Below, one piece after another: positions 53,558-64,000 of a stretch of DNA of 64,000 nucleotides. This DNA is from Nymphaea colorata (Eukaryota): the NCBI RefSeq assembly GCF_008831285.2, contig NC_045138.2, positions 13,516,001 to 13,580,000 on the forward strand, given 5' to 3'. The first letter of the stretch is position 1. Each line of letters starts with the position of its first letter. Below the pieces are notes generated by a model, which was not told the DNA's origin, searched no databases, and was given only the letters and a program-made list of their open reading frames with translations. The translations under genes were made by a program, and so were the position numbers.

Positions 53558-55847
53558 TGATGCCCACCTTCGCCAATCTCCAGCAATCAATGGTGACCTT
53601 CTGGCATGGTTGTTTTTTTATTTTTCCTTTTTTCTTTATCTTTTTCACTTTTATGCTCAATATAAGATCTTTTACTGCCCCAACAAAAAGTTTTCTCTTC
53701 AATAGAAAAACTTAATACATTGTTTCTTTTCTTTTCTTTAATATCTATCATTGCTTTTTATAAGTTTTATACTTACGGCTTAGTATTTCTTCTTTTTCTT
53801 TTTTTGAGGGAAAATTTATGGGTATACCGTCCAATCATTGTGTGATGAGAAGAAAGTTCATGTGCTTAGACATATGCGTCACAAACACAAACTTAGCATT
53901 TATGATTTATGGACATGTAATAGAACCTTCCTCCCTCTCGTGGGCATGCACACTCCTCGACCCCTGACCCTCCCCCTCACCCCAGGAGGAAAAAAAAACA
54001 CCATTTTCAGCAAAGCAACTTATACACACGTACACGCACACAGAGTCTGTTTTTACAAAAAATGAGGCATGAAAAAGGTTGTTGATGTACTGGGCTCTAT
54101 ACTGAACAACTTTTTGAGGTGACAGAAAGAGGGAGGTTAGAGAATCACCTTTGCTCCTGGAGCACGTTCTCGATACATTATTCCATCTGCACTGTAAAAT
54201 CAAGAAAAAAATTGGAAAAAGGAAAAGGCATCTTATATAAGAAAATCTTATAATTAATTGCACATATTATGATGATGAAAATTTGCATCATACATATAGT
54301 GGAGAAGAGGTTCTAAAGAATACCATTGGAACATAAAAAGTAAATATGTTATGGTAAAATTTAGATGAAATAACAGGTCTTTGATGGGTAAGAAAATAAG
54401 AAACAATAGGACCACCAAAAGATGGTCAAATGAGATGTCATTGGCAAGCACACAAAATAATTTTAGAAAAAAATAATTGGAAGAGAAAGCCCAACTAGAA
54501 AGCAGATAGCCAATGTCTAGGACTAGAACGGATTGCCAACTTTTCATTTCACTTCGCATTTACAACAGCTCAACATCACTTTTCATGCACATGTTTTTCT
54601 GTGACTTAATAAATTACAAAAACTGACCAAAAAAAGTTTAGATGCTTCAAATTTTTGCTACAACTAAAACTGTGATAAATGTGAATGCATTCGTTATATT
54701 AACTATAAGATTTAAGAAAAAGCATCTGACATAAAAAAATTCAAAACATAAGAGGATCATATCTATACAGCCTGGGAATTGGAAATGTTTCAACACAAAA
54801 ATACTAGAATACACTTTCCACATTGTCAGTCAACTAATGGTTATAGAATACAGATACTGAAAGCCTGTGAACAAAGCAATAACTATTGAACAGTTATATT
54901 TTAAGGTTTCCTGCAAAACAAAAAAGGAACCCAAATCTGTTTAAGGAATTCAAACAGCTCACATTTAAGTTCAACCTAGTAAAGGTTTTAAGCTGTCATT
55001 GGATGGGAATTTCAAACACAATTATCAGATCACTTTGAATAAGTAGGAAATCATGATTACTACAAATAGGAAGCGGAATGCATCAGGAATCCCAATTCCC
55101 AAATATAAGCAAGTTCCAATCATTTGCATCTTGATTCCCATGTAATTCCACTTTAAACTGGTCTTGGCAATTACTTATCCCTTGGTATATTTTTTCTTAA
55201 AGCGTTGCTTGCTTGTATAAATCTACCAAATGTTAACAAGTGAGCAAATCACTTTCTGCGAAGTTCCCTGAACAGCTCCCTGTTTCCACTTCCTGAATCA
55301 TCCAAAAATTTTGAAATGACCACTTTCTGGTTCAAAGTTTTGAATGGAGAAAATTCACCCAATCTGAACATATTTTGCCTAATCCAGACTCATGTACCGA
55401 TCTGTTTTAGCCCATATCCAGCTAACAATCTCCCTGTACTGCAATGACCAGAAGTCCAATCGAATATGGAACAATAAGAAATCTACATTTGGACTGGGGA
55501 CAGATGGTATTTGGATGCATTCCAAGTTGCATTTCTAATTGAATCAACATATGAAAGCTCAGACCTGATTATGACCCAAAATTTAATTGATTGTTGGACT
55601 TTGCGCTGAAGAAAAACCAGGCTGTCCAGGTTCCAATCCGATCATAGAATAAAATAACTGAGAACTTGGTTACTGGAAGTGCCACTAAATTCGCCAAACT
55701 CAAACAAGGTTGTGGGGGCATGCATTTTTCTCATTCCAGCTGGGAAAAGGACAAACTGAACAAAATTCACTTCTGCCAGCTGAAAAGCATCAATTGTGAT
55801 ATGCAAAATGAAACTAATCAAATGTAGGACAAACAGGCACACCATGA
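53558..55847 (-). pseudogene. SBE2 remnant: duplicated intron 4, exon 5 (54148-54190) and part of intron 5
   Basis: Aligns to 40203-42935. The exon-5 copy reads ADGIMYRERAPGAK versus [14 protein letters not shown]. The ~356 bp at 42064-42419 is absent from this copy. Confidence 0.93.
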
Positions 55848-56380
55848 AGCAACATCCCACTCAAGGAAGTGGCAGATGGCGACTCTCAACCTCCCCCACC
55901 ATCAAAAGAAAGAAAGGGTGCTGATTTCTCATCTTTGTTTTTTAGATATTCTATAATCAGGAGGAGTATATGGTGTCCGGTTTTGCGCGCAGATTTGAAC
56001 CATCCTAACTTTATAATTGAGCATTAATAAAATGCATATTCTTGGAGATCAAACCCGGCCACATGAGAAAAAGAATGTAGACATGTTTCTATCTCCGTCT
56101 TATGCACTATCAATTGCTTCCAGCACACAAAACCGATAATTGATCCTCGCTTACCATTTTACTGTCTTATGTCAAAAGGTTGTTCCAATTTTCAGATGTT
56201 AATTATACCTGAGGTTCAAAAATGCATTTGTTTTCGGGTCCAGCACAGCTAAATGGATCTCGTTTTTGGTTCAAAATGGTAAGCGAGGATTGAATATTTC
56301 TCAAATTGCAGATCATGTATCAAATTGAAGAGTTTCAAATCGATTCTTGAACCGGACATGATATTTCTACGAATACATTT

Positions 56381-56795
56381 CGATACTTTTCTGTCCACAG
56401 GTTCAAATAATGTTAAAGAAATTTTATCAAGTTGTTTTGATCGTTTGCAAAGTGTTACGCATATATTTTTTTGAAAACCAAAATGTGATTATTATTAGTA
56501 TTTACCTTGTTAAATAGTAGCCAGTTTCAGGCGTACCACCATAAAATGGATTGGACGATTCATAATCGATAAGGACCATGGATGTCGTGTTAACTCTTGA
56601 TCTTTTTTCAAGTGTAAGTTGTTCTCATCGTTTGTAAGGTGTTATGCATATGTTTAATTTTTTGAAACCCAAAATGTGATTGTTATTAGTGTCTGCCTGG
56701 TTAACTTTCACGCATACCACCAATGAATAAAATGATTGAACGATTCATAATCGATAAGGACCTTGGATGTCGTGTTAACTCTTGATCTTTTTTCA
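56381..56795. repeat. Diverged local tandem duplication (two ~180-230 bp units), single copy at ~47911-48160
   Basis: Two copies of ..TCGTTTG..GTGTTA..CCAAAATGTGATT..ACGATTCATAATCGATAAGGACC(A/T)TGGATGTCGTGTTAACTCTTGATCTTTTTTCAA. Confidence 0.85.
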
Positions 56796-57251
56796 ACTTA
56801 AAACATGTTTCTGGAACTCATTGATGGATCTGTTGCGGTTCTGAGCGTGGCGTCGTCAATATCTGCTCGCTTTTCGCAACAATGAGCACTGCTATAACGT
56901 GCCTTTTTGCTTAAATGTGCAGCGATGTTGTCATACTCTTAAAAAACAACAGTTTTCCCCATGATTCACCCAAATAATGCTGGGGAAGACGACACATTCG
57001 TCGGCCAAAAATAAGAACAAAAGCAATGGCCTTGGTGTGGTAAAATAACAAAGTATTAGTGACGCAATATCAGTCACTCTTACGATCATATATACTTGGA
57101 GAAGGAACAGAATAAGCCAATTGAAAAAAAAAAAATGGAAAAGTAAAGAACAGAACCGAAGATGAAGCAGAGGTTGCAATAACTTTGTTGTTACATACAT
57201 AGAGAATTGGAGAAATTTTTTACATCGTATCGTCCTCCATATTTGCCTCTC

Positions 57252-60200
57252 TCACCTTTTCTGAAAGTTAAGATGCCTGATGGCAAAGGCAAAGATGCCA
57301 AGGAAGAGGACAACGAAGGCTACATGAACCCCAGCGACCGCACCCAAGAAGCTCTCTTTGTAGCCCAATGAATCGTTCAGGAACTGCTTGACTGTGGTGG
57401 TGCCCTGTCCTGGAACCGCGATTGGACTGACCAGGTCCCCCACCTGAGAGGTGATAAGCCCATAGAGGGTCCACGCGACGGGGGAAAGCCAGTAGTACCA
57501 TCTCCACCAAATTGGAATAAGCTGCCAAAGCACAAGAACAGGAGTCAAGCCTCTGCAGAAGACATCAAGTTTTGGTATTTCTAGTCATTTTGTTTCTCAA
57601 GGGAACAACTCTTTTGTAAACCCTTTGCCATTGGAATGAAGAACCTAAGCACTTACTGGTCGAGCAATGAGAAAGCCGGAGAAGAGATTCCAAAAGGTGA
57701 GGAAGAATGAGTTGACAATGGCGCCTATGTGGTGGTTAGGGGTGAGAGCCACACCCATCATTCCGTAGACGGTGAAGTACACAAAGCACATGAACATGAA
57801 ATAGATGAACCAAAACAACTTGCCAGCTTCCCAAGGGAAGCCAATCATGGAAAACAAAATCAAGCAGTAAACAACTGATTGTACAAAAATATAGATGATC
57901 TCTATGACAACCTGCAAAACAGCACAATGAACAGAGTGAACATTAGTTTAGATCTTAAGAAAATGGAGAATTTTACTAAAAAAATTTTGCAGAACGACAG
58001 TTGCCCTCAACAAAATGCGAGTTGAAATAAATGACGGGAAGAATGGAGGTATTGCCTCAACAAAATTACAAACAAAATGGAGGTAATAGGCCATCATTCT
58101 TGGCCAAATGCTTTTCATTTAGATATTCTTGGCTCCTATATCAGGGCATATTATAAAAGGATGCTGCAGAATGGACATTAATTCTTTAATAGTGCTTAAG
58201 AAAACAAAAGCTACAAGCAAATTGCCGTACCTGGCCAACGGCATAAGCCAATGCAGAATACATCCCTGCTGCTTTTTCACGATACATAACTGATCGCTCA
58301 ACACCTACGACAGGTTGAACTGTTATTGAATTGCTTGCACCAAGGAACAAAACTGCTGAATACATTGCCCCAAAGAGATTCAATAGCTCTTGCTGGGTTG
58401 ATCTGTTATCAAGAAAAAAAGAAGAAGAAGAAGAATTCAGCCTTTGTGCTTCAAACATAACCGACCTTTGCATAATAGACGTGCAATTTGGATTTCGTTT
58501 TACATGTCAAGCACACAAAAACCATACTTAAGCAGTTCTCTATTATCTGTTCAACATCACTGCACCAAGAGCTACGAGAGGCTTTTTTAGCAGCTTTTTC
58601 TTAGAAATCGTGCCAAATGGATGAATAAATTTGAAATCACCTGTATTTAATCTGGAAACTAAGGAATATTTAATTGATAACCATAAGTTGGTCCATGGGA
58701 CTACAATGAATAATTTGAGGAATTAAAAAATTTAAATATTTAGTGGTAATTGCAGCTTCCAGCAACAGTCTTGAAGCAATAACATATTTTATAGTTTATA
58801 TTATTATTTTTCAAATCCATCCCACACGCATTTGATGCCAATGTTGATTGATACCATTACACAAGCTTTGCACTAATGAAAGCAAGACACCAGAAAGACT
58901 TGAAATAGCAAAGAGTCTTACGTTTTCTTTCCAGCTTTCCAAAATATGGTTCCGAAGAGAAGACCTATGATAATTGTCATGAACATCCGGATCGCATTAT
59001 ATTGTGGGTTTCTCCAATAGGACCAGAATTGCTTCCAGAAGCATGCTTTGCATTGAACTAGAAAATTTTGAGAGTATTTAGTAGGGAAAAATAGATCCTT
59101 CGAACCCGGAACAGGAGCAGAGAATTCCTTAATAATCTCCTGATTTGTCCTGAACAAAAGTGAAAGTTGCACGTGAAATTGGCAATCAATTAACAACAAA
59201 AAAATTGAGGAATATCTTGCTACTAAGCTTTACTTACATATACAGGGATGAATTGGCATAAACTTCGGCAAAATCCACACCAAGTTGAGCTTCAACTAAA
59301 GTTGTGGTAACTTCCAACATCCAAGTTGCAGGATTGTATCCTTCAGTAATCCTTGGCACTCCAGGTATTGACTGCAACAATAGAACCATGCAATAACTCA
59401 AACGTTAGACTCTTAAGAATGAGTAGAATTTAGGATACATATTGGGTTGGATGCATGGAACTAAACGTCTCAAAAACCTAAGTAGGCATCTTGAGTCTCA
59501 AGGGGAATTCATATTTGTACAAACATAAACTTATCATTAGAATTATTTTATGCAGCCAGCTTAATTATTTTGAAATTTCATCCCAACTTTATGAATCAAA
59601 CATCAATCACACTATAAATGTTTTGAGGACTATCCTAAATAAATAAACGATTACTCCATTGTTCAGACTACCTTGGGCATGAAGAAAAGGATTTTAAAAC
59701 CTAGTTTTTACAACTTAAAATTTCACCTGTTGATCCTTGAACTCTTGAAACTATATCACGAAATAAAAAAGCAGAAAAGCAAACCATCCCTCACCTCAAA
59801 GTATTGGACAAGTTTGTGAGAGTGATGACCAAGGGACCCCGCATAAATTACTTGTCCACCTCTCTTCATCAACAGAAGCTGTAAGCAAGAAGCGAAGTCA
59901 TGATGGGCAAGGAAAAAGTTTGGACTAGTATAAAAATCAGTAAACATTATTACGAGCTCACCTCATCAAAAGCTTCAAAAATATCAATGCTGGGTTGATG
60001 GATGGTACACACGACAGTTCTCCCTGTATCAACTGTGTTCCTTACTGTCCTCATAACAATGGCAGCAGCTCTGGCATCTAAACCAGATGTGGGTTCGTCC
60101 ATGAAGATAATTGAGGGATTAGCAACCAACTCCACAGCTATAGTTAAACGCTTCCTTTGCTCCGTTGAGAGACCATCCACTCCAGGGAGGCCCACTAGAG

Positions 60201-63200
60201 CATCCCTTATTGGGTTCAATTCAACTAGCTCCATAACTTCTTCAATAAACATCTACAAGTAGAGAAAAATTAAGACATCAAAACATAAATGGTGAAAAAA
60301 TTAATAGTAATTTGACCGAGTTCTCATATAAAAAAGTTACCTTTCGTGTATCTGCCTTTACATCGTGAGAAAGGCGCAACCACGCAGAGTAGACCAAAGA
60401 TTCATAAACTGTAACATTGGGTGAATGTATGTCATTCTGTTCACAATAACCGCTAACTCGGGCAAAAGTGTCCTGCTTCTTTGGATAGCCAGAAATTTTT
60501 ATGCTTCCCTCTATATATCCTCCTGTCTTTCTCCCTGCTAAGACATCCATTAAAGTGGTCTTTCCAGCACCACTTACACCCATCAAAGCGGTGAGAATTC
60601 CAGGTCTAAAAGAACCACTAACATCACGCAGCAATTGAAGCCGATTTTCTTCAACTCCTTGACTTTTCATTTCCTGGTGAAAAAGTAAGGTCATTAAAAA
60701 GGGCAACATGACATATAATGTTTGACGTGAACTCTAGTTGATTCAAGAAACCATGATCAATAAAATGGTCCTAAACTAACTTTGAGGTCGTCTTAGGCTA
60801 GATACACTTGATGTGACAAATTCCTCCCTCGGTGGATGTGCATGTATGGATGGTAGAGAAGAGACCAAGAAAAGTAAAGAGTACAGTGGACATTAAATCT
60901 ATGCAAGTGCATGAAAGGCATGCTCGGTATGAGCTGACCAATGGACATGCATAATCACAACTTAGATATAGTCAAACTTGGAAGTGATCAAGTTGGTCCA
61001 CATCTTTAGGATAGAACTAGCATTTGGAGAACCAAGGTTCAAAATGTCATTAAGCAGTGGAAAAGGGGAAAAGCTGCAAAATGCATGCTTCGAAATCCCT
61101 TAATGAATAAGGTAAAACATTGCTATCACTTTGTTCTTCTTAGAAGTTATTTTGATTGCGGATGATTTCTAATTTTAGGTGTATGATTTCTTTTTTGGTT
61201 GCCACAGTTAATGTCATTGGGGCAAAACTAAAATTGGGAAGCGCATGAAAATTTTCTTATAGCAAAAGAACAATATCAACTTTTAGCGTATGTTTGGATG
61301 TTAGAAAATTGAAATTGCTGCCAAGAAAAGGGAATTCCAAGAATCAAGAGACTTACTGCAGGCATGTCCACATAGTACTTCACATGATCAAAAACCAAAG
61401 AAAGTGGTTGGAAAGGTAAAACCATTCCTTTCTTTGGAGCCATTGTTTCTGATCCTCGACTTCCAGTGCGATTTCTGATTGACATGTCAATTCCTAGACA
61501 AAAAGAACGAAGAGACAGATTCGCCCATGAAAATAAGTTAGTACCTTAAACTTTCAAGAAGTTAAAAAAAAGAAGTTAGCAACGCAAGAACTGTTGGAAA
61601 AAGTTTAACCTTCAGCAATTATGTTAGGAGATTGTGCAGCAAAATTTGATTGCCGTGACTTTTGTTTTCTGAGGGAACTTGACTTCTTGTCTTTTTTTCC
61701 ATCCTCGTCAGAAAGTACTGATTGAGCACTTACAATAGCTGCATATAACAAATCCAGTAAGGTGGGACATTGTACTTAGTTTATAGAATGAAAGGATTTG
61801 TATAGAAATGTGTACTTACGGTTCAAATATTTGAGAGCAAGGACAAAGCATACATTGAACAGAAGTGAGAACCCAATGAGGGCCCCAATGCATATCCAAT
61901 ACCAGTACTCTTCCACAAACATGCCTCTAGATTTAAGAATGGCCTTCCCAATTGTAGGAGCATCAATGCTCGCATCTGTGTTGGGCTGTAATAATAATGC
62001 AAATTACATCAACTTATAAAACTTAAGTTACCAACTCTTGAAATTGTATTTGATAACCGACAAGAAAGAAGAAATATACATCGCATGTTGTCTAGAAAAA
62101 TAGATGGACTAGTTAACAACGCCAAAACCCTGATTCCAGTTCGAGTGGAAGTGGATTCCTTAATCTACGCATATCACCACCACCACAGAAGAAGAGAAAC
62201 AAGGGTAAGCCAGTTTTACCTTGCTCCATCTCTTATCAAGAAATTCATTGACGGCTATGGCATTTTGTCCATACATCATAGGTGATATCCAGTATCCCCA
62301 TATCCACCATGGCTTGATGTCATCTGAAGCACAAAAAACACACGAGCACAACCTTAGCACGTCATGCCGTAACAATAGGTTGGATGATACTCTAATAGAA
62401 GCTTGGAGCATGTCCTTTCATTCTAACAAGTCATCAAAATTTTTGAGTAATTCTTTCGATCAAAAAATTACATGGCATGCAAACGAGGGATATGAACTAC
62501 TAACCTTTAGAGATCACAAAACCACCAAGTGCAAAAACCACAAGCAATGCAAAGGTTCCGATTGTGTTGGCAATAACCATTGTCCTCCCCACAGCTCCAA
62601 GGAACCGAAATAGAGGAAGTGCCATCTGATGGACACATAGATATGCAAGGAATTGCCGGAAAAACCTAATAGAACAATTGGCATGAGTATATCAGGACAA
62701 AGTTACTAACCTGGAATATAGATAGTACTACCATCTCAAAAATAAGACTTCAAGCTTCACCTTTACCAAGTTTTAAATGAAAGAAAAATTAGAAATCAAA
62801 TGTGAATGAGCAAGTAATCACCTGCTAGCAGAAGGAGCAAACCCAATTGTATAATACGTGAGAATGATCCACAATGCTGACTCCAATACGGAGAGTGGGA
62901 TCCTGAGAACGTAAATGGGCAAAGCAAATGCCCATGACGGATAGAACAGGAAATCCCTTTGTTTGTAAAACACAGGGAGCCTGCTAACAGTCATTGCCAA
63001 CTCTGCAAATCCATTGAACATCACATTAATCAAACTAAAGAATAGAGCTCCAAAGTACTTTCCACCATCTGCGATAGTTTCATGCTTCATCTTAATCCTC
63101 AGGAATACGGTCATGGTGATCAAAGACATGATAGTGATCTGGGTGGTCTTGAATATGTAAAGAAAAGAGTTCCTCTTCATGAGTAACCATTCTCTTGAAA

Positions 63201-63722
63201 AACAGGCCTTGAATAGGTCCCAATTACTCATTGTGTACTTCTTTGTTTCTAATGCTGCCGGGTGAGACTTTGTTTTATCATATGGGATCCTAAGATCAGC
63301 TGCTAGTTGTTGGCCACCTCGATAGTGACTGTAGGCTTCTGAGAACTCTTTAGCTGTGACATAGCGGTAGGGCGCATCTTTATCACTCCAGTATTGCTCC
63401 TGGTCCTTCTTTGATGTTACCTCTTGCAGGAAGTCTGCAACCCCTTTCCTTTCAGGGCACTTGAAGCCCATGGACTCAAAGAATTCAAGCACATGCTCTC
63501 GATCACCTTGGTAGACAACGTATCCCTCCGAAAGCAAAATTATGTCATCGAATAGGTTGTATGTCTCAGGTGCAGGTTGCAAAAGAGACATCAGCATGGT
63601 TCCATCCATGACACGAACAAATTGCCTAATGAACTTCACAATCTGGAAGGTGGTGGAGCTGTCAAGTCCAGTTGAGATCTCATCCATGAGCAATGCTTTG
63701 GAAGGTCCTACTAACATCTCCC
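57252..63722 (-). CDS. ABCG: Full-size ABCG (PDR) transporter, 3' part, AtABCG34/39 (PDR6/PDR11)-like; exons 62822-63722, 62505-62665, 62220-62323, 61820-61985, 61610-61738, 61357-61493, 60341-60673, 59962-60252, 59795-59878, 59238-59371, 58922-59149, 58231-58402, 57657-57911, 57252-57521; the gene starts beyond the window
   Basis: NBD1 Walker [19 protein letters not shown]2 Walker [52 protein letters not shown], and C-terminus LNFQKR-stop. GT-AG exons with no lesions seen. Clade assignment is from recalled sequence ([13 protein letters not shown]). Confidence 0.95.
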
Positions 63723-64000
63723 CTGAAGAAAAAATGTTGACATGAAAATTACTTGGTTGTGCCAATGTTCAATGTTTCAAAATTGGAGTTGCAGACTAAG
63801 ATGACAAGAAAGGGGAGGACTTTTGGCACAATGATTGATGTTAGACACTTCAGATCTAATTGGTTTTTAGGAAAAAGGAAAATTTGAGACAGTAGTTTAT
63901 ACTTGTCCATAATTAAGCTATCCGTCGTCATACACCATTTGCAGAAAGATGAGATTTTGCTAGGATGCAACAACTTATCCATGAAAACAGAGGTACACCA

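Overview
Plant (angiosperm) nuclear DNA, AT-rich, with spliceosomal GT-AG introns. Genes: the 3' end of a kelch-repeat gene (+, to 1597); a 4-exon DUF662/RAB6-interacting-golgin-like coiled-coil gene (-, 6088-8324); an atypical QLQ-domain gene that looks GRF-derived, with no WRC zinc finger, a decayed miR396 site and six ~63-aa Ser/Pro/Thr repeats (+, ~20524-25337); a complete 22-exon starch branching enzyme II gene (-, 27264-46124); and the 3' part of a full-size ABCG/PDR transporter (-, 57252 to beyond the window). Mobile DNA: a PIF/Harbinger-type element carrying a chlorophyll-pathway DVR fragment (11422-12535), a tandem-array TRIM with TSD (15715-16693), a solo LTR, small MITEs and a copia gag-protease fragment. 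The region 40203-62682 is a tandem segmental duplication with the copia fragment at the junction. The left copy keeps SBE2 and a decayed ABCG; the right copy keeps ABCG and only an SBE2 remnant. Perfectly identical tracts within the otherwise diverged copies suggest gene conversion. All calls were made by eye, with no searches run; family assignments rest on recalled motifs.
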